DNA of 20,000 nucleotides. Source: Tortispora ganteri (Eukaryota). Every line of letters begins with the position of its first letter. Position 1 is the stretch's first letter. The notes beneath the pieces were generated by a model, which was given only the letters and a program-made list of their open reading frames with translations, was not told where the DNA came from and searched no databases. Positions 7,663 to 17,366 of this stretch are shown piece by piece. The translations under genes and the position numbers were made by a program. Location of the stretch: positions 169,655 to 189,654 of the forward strand of contig PPNB01000016.1 of assembly GCA_003707115.1 (NCBI GenBank), in the 5' to 3' direction.

Positions 7663-10600
7663 CTATGGTGTAGTAGATTCATCCTGTGGTTTAGCGCTCT
7701 CTTCTATTGGTTCAGAAGAAGGAGATACTTGTAAAGATTCCCCATCTTCTGTAATCGTAATTGGAGTATCTGGTTCAGGAGTAACCGGAGCAGACTCGGA
7801 AGTGCTCTGGTTTTTCACTCTTACAGCTGCATGATACTCAATACGCTTTTTAGGAGCAGCATTTTCTGATATCACGCGTACAAGAGCATTGGCTTTAGTA
7901 ATAATGTCCTTCCGAACAACACGGGACCCACGCGAACGATTAGCCGGGATATGCACCATAGATTCACCTTTCAGAATCGCTTCCTCGATCTCCTCCTGGC
8001 TCAAAACTTCACGAGCCTTCTCCATGATCGACGGGAACTGGATGTCAATTTTCACGTATAAAGAAACAAACACAATCTCATAGTGCTGCATAGAAGCAAG
8101 TCCGCTGTTCAGTTTTCGAAGCTCTGCCAGTGCAACAAGGTATCGCACTAGTTCGGTGCATTGCATTTTGGCAAAAATGATCTCTAAAATCGCACCTCGA
8201 GCAGAGAATGACTCATAGACGATTCTTGTGCTATTGAGTAGATCAAGATCAAGTTCGCACTGTTCAATAACTAACGCAACCGCGCAATCCATTATATAGC
8301 TCCAGACTTTCTGATGCATCCATATACTTGAGGTATTTTTCCTGACGCCTTTTGCAAGTTGGATCAGGTTATCAATGTCTCCAAGTTTCATAAAAAGATA
8401 ATTCATAAAGCATAGGTACTGCGAAGAGCATACAAAGTGTCGTCCAGCACGCTCCGAGTCCGGTTTCCAGACGTTAAATAGCGATTTGCTAGAACTGCCA
8501 GCTTTTAGATTAATAAGCGGGCTTAACTCTTTGTATGCATCTGCGTATTCGTTTAGATCATTAGCAAGTATATCGACAATACGGAAAGTTGGTCTATGTT
8601 GCCATTTCTTTTTGTCAGCACTGCGTATTTTCTTAAGTACAGAGATCAACAGATCTAGTAACTCATTTCTCGTTCGTACATTCCACGCCTCGGTCCCTTT
8701 AAATACATCAGAGTACTGCGAATTGGCTAAATAGTCTAGACATTCAGATAGAGACAATTCTTTGCTGCATTTGTAAACGTAAGACACTAAATAGTAATGT
8801 GGTTCCACTAGTGTATCACCATTAGAATGTCGTTCAGGAGCTACTTTTGCAGCACGAGCAAATAGTCCTAGGTACTGTCTAGGATCGTCCGGGTATAGTT
8901 TGCGAAATATTTTTCCTTCAAGAACCAGAAGTTTCCAGTTCTTAGAATTACAGCGTAGACCGAATGAAACCATTATATGTGCAAATCGTAAAACAGCATC
9001 TTCTTTCATTGATGCCCTTTCACATTGAGTAAGCTCGCCGTTAGCAGGTTTGCCCACAGTTTTAGGCGGTACTTTGAATGTAAGCATGGCAAGAGGTTCG
9101 CGTGTCGCCGAATAGAAGGCAAACGCACAATCATACCAGAACGAACTGAGTTTCGCCTCTTTAATATTATTCCTAAAGACAAGTGAAATAGCCATCAGGT
9201 AACATTTCAAGGTCTTTCGCCTGTTAGAGATAATACTCTTGGACTTTTCTGGGATCAATTTCTCAGGAGAATAAGTCATATCGCTTTCAACAATGCTGTC
9301 GTACACTTGCGCCAAAGAGTACCATGATTCAAAGCGATTACTGTTGCACAGTAAGTCGTATGTGAGGTATTTGACTGCGTGACCAAGATCGTCTGTACGA
9401 CCATTGAGCAATTTCTTTTTGGAACGGTGTAGTCCGAGAAATATTATTCCTTCAAGGTAGTAGAAGCCGAGTCTAGCAGCATCTGCAGTACTATTGGTAA
9501 TCTGCGCCATAGAGAGGTACAGGTCGCCACGCAGACATTTAGAACCTTCTGATGGATGTATTGGTTCGTTTAAGTAGGACTCAATCGCCTTGAGGTTATA
9601 GGCTATCTTTGCATCAGTTTTGTCTGGGATCTCGATGACCTCGCTAAAACTGTCCAGTGCGCCTTTTAGGTCCGCGCGTGGCAAGCCCTGAGATGTCTTG
9701 TTATTCTGCGACAGGCGCACAATAAAAGGCAACAGCATTACTGCGGAGTTTCTATCAAATTTGGTATGAATAACTTGATGTTCAAATGGAATAAAATGCT
9801 CCGTAGAGATAGAAATTCCAAAACGGCACTTAAGGCACTGAATGAGTTCGCTTTCAGCCATCCAACTGGTCGAGTAAGCTAGGTCTTCCTGAATCACAGT
9901 AAGAAGCACACCCTTAAGCAGTCCACAGTATCCACGGAGACCAAGATACTCGTGAAGTTCAGCTAAGAACGTCTCAAACTGTTCAGATGCGACATGTTTG
10001 ACCCGCATAGACAGTTGTTGTAGCGACAAGTAAAGCATCAGCCACGACATATTGTAGATCTCTTTAAACCGTAACGCTGCAGATTTATAGGAAAGTAGGC
10101 TAGGCATGGCAATATAATTCAGCGCAATAGCGTCATCAAAAAGCACAAACACTTGCACAATGCTTAGCAGGAGAATTATGTTCTCTGCAAACTCTTGGAT
10201 AATAGAAACAGATATTTCCTGCATTAGTTTTCGGTTTTTAGTGACTAGTCGCACCATAGTAGTCAAGCAGGTATGCAACGCAGCCATAGACCGGAGAAAA
10301 AGAATCTCGCGCTCGTTCTGAGCCATTGCTGCATATTTGTCGTCAAATAGTCTCTGCATGAACATGTCAACTGTAGAGATATAGCATCCCAATTCCTCAA
10401 CAGTGCGCCCCTCAGATGCGTAAGACGAAGAAAGAAGATTCCATAAATGCAAATGAAAAAAAGGTGACATAGTTTGCAGGAAATCTTGCAGTCCCATGGA
10501 CTGTTTATCAGATTCGGAGTCGGAGTCAAGTTCAGAAACATCGTCTTTATTTGAAGATGGTTTGAGAATATGTTCCAAAGAGGCAATACGCTGATCGAGA

Positions 10601-12813
10601 GGCATATTACCATCATCGTTTAATAGTTCTGTGAACATTGACAGTGTTCTTACCCTTGAAACTAAACCATCAGCGCTTTCTAGCGATATTTTAGGTATAT
10701 GTGGAGTGTTAATGACAGCAAGTTCTGAAGAAAATGATTGGTCTTTTACTAGTACCTTCAAGTCATCAAATCTTTGTATGAGATCTTCTTTGCTAGAACC
10801 AATAGCCTGACAGAATAATGTGAAAGTCCAGAAATATCTCACTTTTAATTCCACGAACTCATGTAACGACTCGTCTAAGCAAGGCAGACTCAATACGGAT
10901 TGGAATAAGTTAAGCCATCTTTGCACTCTTGAAGACTTAACTACTTCTTGTTTGCGCATTCTATTCAAATTATGCGCTTTTTCGGATATTGCAGTACGGA
11001 GTGACTGTTGGAATTGTATGAGATCGTCTAGGAAAATGTCTGCAAGTGCCTGGCAGAGTCGGAGCACCTGAAAAACACGCTCAATATCAGTAGAATGTTC
11101 GTCAACTGAATGTGCATAGTCTTGTAGGTTGCGCTCAAACAAATCTATATACATTCTGACGACAGCCATGAATTCAGAAGGCCATTTATAGTCTAAGAAT
11201 AGCCGTGGATTGCTCGAACTAAGAAGATCTATGAGAAACTGTACTCGCATATAGTCTAAAGACATATGATTCGCATTGTATCTCTCAAAAAGGGCCATAG
11301 GAGTCAGAAATGATTTAGATATATCAGGCTTCGAATCAGAGGCACTGTTGTTCAGCGTCATGAGATCCATTATAATTGCATTCACCTCTGAGTTGTCCTT
11401 TGTGGTAGCTGTATTGTTCATTAGTTTAAGCATAGCGTCAGAATGTTTGACGGCCCAGTTCGATAAGATCCTGTGTAGATCGCACAGTGGCGGTTGTGGG
11501 TAGTCATCTGCAGATCTCGGCAAGGTACTTGGTGGTTCTGGCAGATGAAGGTAAAAGTTTGAAAGTATTCTGCTATTAAAGCTACTAAAGAAAGCAGCAG
11601 CGCGTTCAGCAGTTGAGTCTGATTCAGGAACGTGTGATCGAAGACGTTTACTCATCCTTCCAGAGGGGTCGTCTGCGCCATTGACCGACGGCGGATCAGA
11701 CGATTTTCGTTTACGATCATTATCGCTATCCACAGATTCATTTTCATTGTCAAATGGCAGAATGTTAAGCTCTTCTTCGTCGTTAGACAGTTCGTTGTGT
11801 GGCGGCTGAGTGTCTTGCAACTCTTCTGACGGCGATATTTCAGTTTCCTCTCCTGACAGGTGCTCGTTTGGGTTAGATTCAGGCGAATATATGCGAAGAT
11901 AACGACAAGATTCCATGGTTTCTCTTGAAAATGGAAGAATGAGCGCAAAAGAGATGTGGACAGACTCTTCAGGATACACCAAGGGCAGTTTCATTGTGAG
12001 TTTCTTGTCAAGATGGACGGAAGAGTCCACGCAGGGGAACAACAGCGCATAAGCTGCTGCAAGCCAAGAATTATTGTCAATATGAATTACAAATGGCGGA
12101 GGTGAAGGTGATGTGGAATTGTAGATTGCCGGTTTTGCGAAATATTGCGCAAGGAATTGATAACGATCCAATACACTATCGGGTAGTGCGGGGGTGGAAA
12201 GAATATTTTGATAGAATTTAGCATCGAGAGCACTAGTATCACCAATATGTTGTAGTACTGACACTAGTCTGTGCATTGCGATGCGTAGTTGTGGCAAAAT
12301 AGGAGATTTGCGTTGTAAAGACAACTGCAGCGATAAGGGCCCGCTATCGACTGCGGGTATTGATTCAAGAGCGAATCGAGCTAATCTAAATGAAGACATT
12401 TGGTATGCAATTACAGATACGTATGACCATAACGAAAAATCTTCGGCTTCAGCTTCGAGCGCATTCACTAGATCTGAGAGAAGCGATTCGATCTGATCAG
12501 GTACGTCGTCAGGAGATTTTAGTAGTGATAATTGTAACAATGCATGATTCTTGTAAACCATATACCTTAGTTTACGGACTAAAGGGCTCGTAAAAGATGC
12601 AGGTTCGTCAAATAGTGATTGAATTGCAAATACTTTCTGATATTCCAGCATGGCCGCTTGTAAATCACCTTGTTCCTGATGATTGAGCGCACTTCGAAAT
12701 ATTTTTAGAGCTTCTTCAGCTTGTAGTTCTTTTGTTTGAGTTTCATCATCTATGTCATAAACGTCATCTATGACATTAATAGCTCTGAAATCACTAATTA
12801 TTGTTTTGTCCAT
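7663..12813 (-). CDS. HIR3: Histone transcription regulator 3 (HIR complex subunit, CABIN1 homologue)
   Basis: 1716-aa helical/TPR-like protein with N-terminal FRAINV...KELQAEEALKIFRSAL, and conserved blocks LHEYLGLRGYC, RFESWYSLAQVYD, LVEPHYYLVS, DKKKWQHRPTFR, WKPDSERAGRHF. Confidence 0.92.
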   Translation of the reverse strand: MDKTIISDFRAINVIDDVYDIDDETQTKELQAEEALKIFRSALNHQEQGDLQAAMLEYQKVFAIQSLFDEPASFTSPLVRKLRYMVYKNHALLQLSLLKSPDDVPDQIESLLSDLVNALEAEAEDFSLWSYVSVIAYQMSSFRLARFALESIPAVDSGPLSLQLSLQRKSPILPQLRIAMHRLVSVLQHIGDTSALDAKFYQNILSTPALPDSVLDRYQFLAQYFAKPAIYNSTSPSPPPFVIHIDNNSWLAAAYALLFPCVDSSVHLDKKLTMKLPLVYPEESVHISFALILPFSRETMESCRYLRIYSPESNPNEHLSGEETEISPSEELQDTQPPHNELSNDEEELNILPFDNENESVDSDNDRKRKSSDPPSVNGADDPSGRMSKRLRSHVPESDSTAERAAAFFSSFNSRILSNFYLHLPEPPSTLPRSADDYPQPPLCDLHRILSNWAVKHSDAMLKLMNNTATTKDNSEVNAIIMDLMTLNNSASDSKPDISKSFLTPMALFERYNANHMSLDYMRVQFLIDLLSSSNPRLFLDYKWPSEFMAVVRMYIDLFERNLQDYAHSVDEHSTDIERVFQVLRLCQALADIFLDDLIQFQQSLRTAISEKAHNLNRMRKQEVVKSSRVQRWLNLFQSVLSLPCLDESLHEFVELKVRYFWTFTLFCQAIGSSKEDLIQRFDDLKVLVKDQSFSSELAVINTPHIPKISLESADGLVSRVRTLSMFTELLNDDGNMPLDQRIASLEHILKPSSNKDDVSELDSDSESDKQSMGLQDFLQTMSPFFHLHLWNLLSSSYASEGRTVEELGCYISTVDMFMQRLFDDKYAAMAQNEREILFLRSMAALHTCLTTMVRLVTKNRKLMQEISVSIIQEFAENIILLLSIVQVFVLFDDAIALNYIAMPSLLSYKSAALRFKEIYNMSWLMLYLSLQQLSMRVKHVASEQFETFLAELHEYLGLRGYCGLLKGVLLTVIQEDLAYSTSWMAESELIQCLKCRFGISISTEHFIPFEHQVIHTKFDRNSAVMLLPFIVRLSQNNKTSQGLPRADLKGALDSFSEVIEIPDKTDAKIAYNLKAIESYLNEPIHPSEGSKCLRGDLYLSMAQITNSTADAARLGFYYLEGIIFLGLHRSKKKLLNGRTDDLGHAVKYLTYDLLCNSNRFESWYSLAQVYDSIVESDMTYSPEKLIPEKSKSIISNRRKTLKCYLMAISLVFRNNIKEAKLSSFWYDCAFAFYSATREPLAMLTFKVPPKTVGKPANGELTQCERASMKEDAVLRFAHIMVSFGLRCNSKNWKLLVLEGKIFRKLYPDDPRQYLGLFARAAKVAPERHSNGDTLVEPHYYLVSYVYKCSKELSLSECLDYLANSQYSDVFKGTEAWNVRTRNELLDLLISVLKKIRSADKKKWQHRPTFRIVDILANDLNEYADAYKELSPLINLKAGSSSKSLFNVWKPDSERAGRHFVCSSQYLCFMNYLFMKLGDIDNLIQLAKGVRKNTSSIWMHQKVWSYIMDCAVALVIEQCELDLDLLNSTRIVYESFSARGAILEIIFAKMQCTELVRYLVALAELRKLNSGLASMQHYEIVFVSLYVKIDIQFPSIMEKAREVLSQEEIEEAILKGESMVHIPANRSRGSRVVRKDIITKANALVRVISENAAPKKRIEYHAAVRVKNQSTSESAPVTPEPDTPITITEDGESLQVSPSSEPIEESAKPQDESTTP

Positions 12814-12822
12814 GATTACGTG

Positions 12823-12828
12823 ACGCGT
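12823..12828. promoter_or_regulatory. MCB-type element (ACGCGT) in the HIR3/KAE1 divergent spacer
   Basis: Exact ACGCGT, overlapping a TTACGTGA bZIP/bHLH-like sequence at 12816-12823. Function is inferred only. Confidence 0.35.
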
Positions 12829-12906
12829 TGTTGCATCGAACGGTGCAATGTTAGCTTGGTGTTGTAAGTACTAACAATTAAACTTTTCGATTAAACCACC
12901 AGAACA

Positions 12907-13995
12907 ATGAGCCCGCGGTTCACGAAAAAGGGTTATTTCATTGCCCTCGGCATGGAAGGATCTGCTAATAAAATAGGTATGGGAATTATCAAGCATATAT
13001 CGACAGCAGAAACTTGGAAGGATGCGTTACATGAGATGAACAATACAGGTAAAGCTTTAGTATTAGCTAACGTACGACACACTTTTGTACCACCAGCAGG
13101 TCACGGGTTCCTCCCGCGTGAGGTCGCAGATCATCACCGCAAGCACGTTGTCAAGCTTGTCAAAGAAGCGATTGATTATGCGGGTATTTCGTACAAAGAT
13201 ATAGACTGTATTTGCTTTACGCAAGGTCCTGGAATGGGAGCGCCTCTTCAAACAGTAGTTCTTTGTGCCAGAACACTGAGCCTGCTCTGGAACAAGCCAC
13301 TAGTTGGTGTCAATCATTGTGTGGGCCATATAGAAATGGGTCGTGAGATTACTGGCGCGCTCAACCCGGTAGTTCTATATGTATCAGGCGGTAACACCCA
13401 GGTTATTGCTTATTCGCATCATCGCTACCAGATTTTTGGCGAAACGCTAGACATTGCAGTGGGAAACTGTCTTGACAGATTTGCAAGAACTATGAAGATA
13501 TCTAATGACCCGAACCCGGGTTACAATATAGAACTGCTTGCGCGCATTGGAGCGAAATCAGGCCAACTCGTTGACCTTCCTTATACCGTCAAAGGTATGG
13601 ACTTATCGATGTCCGGAGTCCTAGCATTCATCGACCAACTGGCAGCTACAAATAAGTATTCTGTGGAAACTCTCTGCTTTTCACTTCAGGAAACACTTTT
13701 TGCCATGCTCGTAGAAATTACAGAACGCGCTATGGCTCACGTCGACGCATCAGATGTGCTCATTGTAGGTGGTGTTGGCTGCAATGAACGGCTGCAACAG
13801 ATGATGCATATCATGTGTAAAGCTAGAGGTGGTTCTGTCTACGCTACAGATGAACGGTTCTGTATAGATAACGGTATTATGATTGCACAAGCTGGTCTAT
13901 TAGCTTATAGGTCAGGGTTCTCAACTCCCATAGAGAACTCAGAATGTACTCAGCGTTTCAGAACAGACGAGGTATATGTGGACTGGAGATACTGA
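12907..13995 (+). CDS. KAE1: tRNA N6-adenosine threonylcarbamoyltransferase, KEOPS/EKC subunit (OSGEP/TsaD family)
   Basis: [22 protein letters not shown], metal-binding [66 protein letters not shown]-terminal [14 protein letters not shown]. Confidence 0.98.
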   Translation: MSPRFTKKGYFIALGMEGSANKIGMGIIKHISTAETWKDALHEMNNTGKALVLANVRHTFVPPAGHGFLPREVADHHRKHVVKLVKEAIDYAGISYKDIDCICFTQGPGMGAPLQTVVLCARTLSLLWNKPLVGVNHCVGHIEMGREITGALNPVVLYVSGGNTQVIAYSHHRYQIFGETLDIAVGNCLDRFARTMKISNDPNPGYNIELLARIGAKSGQLVDLPYTVKGMDLSMSGVLAFIDQLAATNKYSVETLCFSLQETLFAMLVEITERAMAHVDASDVLIVGGVGCNERLQQMMHIMCKARGGSVYATDERFCIDNGIMIAQAGLLAYRSGFSTPIENSECTQRFRTDEVYVDWRY

Positions 13996-14470
13996 ATTGC
14001 ATACACATGGAGATATCTGTGATATAAAGACATTAATTGCTTTAATCACGATCTACGACTTAATATTACAACAATTTGCGGTATAAATCTCGCTACGGTA
14101 CGCTTTTTGACTATTCGAACGTTCACAGTCATTGATCTACACTTACGATGTCACAATAACCACTAACTGTCACGGCAAACAGTTCCAAAATACAGAGAAC
14201 TTCAATCATTAAGGAATCATATAATTGCTAATATAATTAACAGATTTCTTTGTCAATAGACAATTGAAGAGCACTTTAAACAATCCAATAAGAAAGTAAT
14301 CAGCCGCATAAAATAATATGTTACCATGGCTACAAACTCTTTTGTTACCCCACTTATAATCACTCACCTTCTTCTTTTTGGATGTAGTTTCCAGTAAAGC
14401 ACATATTTATCGCTATCACACATTGCCGCTATACAAAATTTAGCTGCAAAAAGCCAAAGTTACTGTACTA

Positions 14471-17272
14471 ATGGCGAGACCGAAAAACGCCACTAGCAAA
14501 ACGAAAACTCCTCAAAAGAAGCAGGCTACGCGTTCACCAACACTTATCGACCTGAATACGATCGAATCGCCTGCATTGAGACACTTTGCCGAAGAAATCA
14601 ATGCCCGTTCTGAATTTAACTATTTTCCAAAAGCAAAAAAAGGGTTTGATTTGTTTATGAAGATAATAAGAAAATATAATGTCTCTAAAGTCATACCTAC
14701 GTCTTTCTTGAATCCCAGTATTTTCACTGGTTTTGGCAATCAATCTGTTATGCGAACTTTCTATTCGATCGACGAAAACCACTTTTATATTCACAGCAAA
14801 GTATTCATTAAATATCAGTCGACGCCACTCTCTTTTGGCAATGCTAGCGCGCAAAAAGCTATAGCGGAGTATCTGCTTGCTTCTGTTAGTAAAGATGATA
14901 AGTATTTGGACTATTTGAATTCGAAAGATCTGGTCTTCTCGGTCAAGAAGGTTCCAGAAATCCTCCAACCCATTTGGATTAGAGACGGCAGTAAAGAACC
15001 TCAGTACCATTCTCTTGAGCATCATGAGAAGGTCACAGACCAATCAGGCTCTTACGAGAACCAGCCAACCTTGCCGCAATCGGACAATCATGTCTCTATA
15101 CAAGCCGGGCTTTCCAAACCAGCTGCAACAGAGGAGCCTGGAAATTTGACAACTCAAAATTATAGCGCTACAATGCCTAGTAAGTTGTCTTCTCCGCAGG
15201 CTTCAACCTCAAATGCGTATGGTGTTACAACGACTGCTAAAGCTCAAGCCGAACCAATTAATCTTTCCATTCCCACTGCTTCTACAAGCTTACCAGCATC
15301 GAATCCCACGGAGTTATATAACTCCAACCCCACTATGGTTATTCCAGAACCTCAGACATCGACTAACATAGACAACTACACCTCGGCTCCACAAAGTTCA
15401 GATCCCTACAGTGAAGTCCCAGAATCTTCAGTTCTAGAAGATGCGATTCCGAAAGAAACAAATATGAAAATTTCAGCAAAACAATCCGTCCCAGTTGCTG
15501 CGCCCGAGACTAATGAAGCTCCAAGTACCATACCAACAAATATACCAATATCTAACCATGAACCAGCTACGGTTGATCCACAAACTGCTGTAACGCAAAC
15601 AGCTTCAGCAGCTGCCGTAACAATTGCAAAGAGCCCAGTTCAAAAAACAGCACAAACCCAGTCTAAACCAAGATCAAATGCTGTGTCTTCTGCCAAACTA
15701 AAATCGCTACAGAGTTCGGTGTTTATCAAACCGCCCAAAAAGAAGACACCAGTGCGAAAGACGACCAAGACTGAAGAGCAGGCGACTGATGGTACTGCTA
15801 TGAACGAAAAAACTCCTAGTGCCAAAAAGGTACAGCTTAATACGCTGTCACACGAAGCGTTGATTCCTGAAAAAACTGGAGAGAAAGTACCACCAACGCC
15901 ACCACAATCTCGAAATGGCGCAGAAACAAAATACGACAATGCCGATACAAAAGCTGTGTTTCCTACAAACACTGATGTCTTGCCCGTACATGATCAACGT
16001 TTAAAATACTTGCAATCCACTGCACGACCCGCTAAGCATAAAGAACCCCTTGAAAGCCGACTAGGAACACCAGCAATGGCATATCCATCTACACCTGTAT
16101 TGCCCCCTGGAACGAACTATACTAACACACACATACAAACTCAAGCTGCACCATCATATCAGATTGACATACCATCGGCGTCAGTGCATGTTCCACTACA
16201 ACAAACTGTATCAGCAGCTCCTGCGCCTGGTTTTACTGCTGTACCACCAGCAGCCCAATCTCCGTCTAGCGCCAAAGTAGCCACTCGGTCGCCAGCTGGC
16301 GACTCGTCAAAGTCCAGAAAGTCGTTTACGACTGATAAACGGGTTTTAGAAGAAGACCCCTTTGGAATTGCTCGCAAACAACGAAGACTTAATCGATTCG
16401 AAGCCAACAAAAGCACAGTCTTACAACCTTCGACATCGCCCGACCCAGAGAAAGCTGTTACTAACGGACCGATTGTAGGCACGTCTACGGAGATTCTTAA
16501 ACCATATCTTCGTCTGACATCTGCTCCTGATCCGCGTAATGTCCGGCCACAACCGGTGCTAGAGAAGGCGGTTCACTACATTCTCACTAGTGGTAAAGCT
16601 GATGGCAACTATCAGTTTGCTTGCGACCAGCTCAAATCTATTAGACAAGACCTCACGGTTCAGCACATCAAGAACAAGTTCACTGTTTTTGTATACGAAA
16701 CACATGCCCGAATGGCATTAGAAGCACATGATTTAGGAGAATACAACCAGTGTCATTCTCAATTGAAAAGGCTCTATGAGGTCCCGGAATTGAAGGATTA
16801 TGGACAACCTTTGGAGTTTGTTGCCTACAGGATTCTCTATACGCTACACACGCAAACGTATACGGACTTGCACGAAATATTAGGTAAGTTATCCGCAGAA
16901 GAAATGGAAGATACAGCCGTATCGCATGCCCTCAATGTCGCCTGGACTGTCATTGAAGATAACTTTGTTGAGCTACTGAACCTCTATAAAGACCCTCCTA
17001 ATATGAACGGATGTCTTATGAGCTGTTTCATGTATCGTGAGAGGGTGAAAACTTTGGCTAAAATTTGCAGAGCGTATCGTCCTTCTATCAAACTCTCAGC
17101 ACTAGCCTCTATGGTTGGATACAAGAGTGCTCAAAATTTCAGAGATGATTTTAGTTCTTTTGAAATGCTCCAACAGAGCGATGACACGAGTATAGAATTT
17201 AAGGCACTATATCCTTTAATGGAGCAGGCAAGAAACTCGATGAGAAAAGTGGACATTAAAGGCCAAATATAG
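14471..17272 (+). CDS. THP3: SAC3/GANP/THP3-family protein (Thp3/LENG8-like) with long N-terminal extension
   Basis: The C-terminal domain from about nt 16466 has GPIVGTSTEILKPYLRLTSAPDPRNVRP, CDQLKSIRQDLTVQHIKNKFTVFVYETHARMALE, DLGEYNQC, EFVAYRILY and ends in VDIKGQI, as in fungal Thp3. The uninterrupted ORF includes a long S/T/P/A-rich region. Confidence 0.88.
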   Translation: MARPKNATSKTKTPQKKQATRSPTLIDLNTIESPALRHFAEEINARSEFNYFPKAKKGFDLFMKIIRKYNVSKVIPTSFLNPSIFTGFGNQSVMRTFYSIDENHFYIHSKVFIKYQSTPLSFGNASAQKAIAEYLLASVSKDDKYLDYLNSKDLVFSVKKVPEILQPIWIRDGSKEPQYHSLEHHEKVTDQSGSYENQPTLPQSDNHVSIQAGLSKPAATEEPGNLTTQNYSATMPSKLSSPQASTSNAYGVTTTAKAQAEPINLSIPTASTSLPASNPTELYNSNPTMVIPEPQTSTNIDNYTSAPQSSDPYSEVPESSVLEDAIPKETNMKISAKQSVPVAAPETNEAPSTIPTNIPISNHEPATVDPQTAVTQTASAAAVTIAKSPVQKTAQTQSKPRSNAVSSAKLKSLQSSVFIKPPKKKTPVRKTTKTEEQATDGTAMNEKTPSAKKVQLNTLSHEALIPEKTGEKVPPTPPQSRNGAETKYDNADTKAVFPTNTDVLPVHDQRLKYLQSTARPAKHKEPLESRLGTPAMAYPSTPVLPPGTNYTNTHIQTQAAPSYQIDIPSASVHVPLQQTVSAAPAPGFTAVPPAAQSPSSAKVATRSPAGDSSKSRKSFTTDKRVLEEDPFGIARKQRRLNRFEANKSTVLQPSTSPDPEKAVTNGPIVGTSTEILKPYLRLTSAPDPRNVRPQPVLEKAVHYILTSGKADGNYQFACDQLKSIRQDLTVQHIKNKFTVFVYETHARMALEAHDLGEYNQCHSQLKRLYEVPELKDYGQPLEFVAYRILYTLHTQTYTDLHEILGKLSAEEMEDTAVSHALNVAWTVIEDNFVELLNLYKDPPNMNGCLMSCFMYRERVKTLAKICRAYRPSIKLSALASMVGYKSAQNFRDDFSSFEMLQQSDDTSIEFKALYPLMEQARNSMRKVDIKGQI

Positions 17273-17366
17273 GCACATATACACAACACCAAGCTGAATT
17301 AATTTCAGACATTCTATGTCTTGCCTTTTGCTTCAGTATCGTTGATATTGCTTTATTTTTGGTATA

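Noticed and set aside
7889..12593. Multiple 64-117 aa ORFs overlapping HIR3
   Set aside because: Expected by chance within a 5-kb CDS; no motifs, and several rely on non-ATG starts.
12997..13060. Extra segment near the Kae1 N-terminus ([19 protein letters not shown])
   Set aside because: Yeast Kae1 proteins commonly have a variable loop at this position; it is in frame and lacks intron signals.
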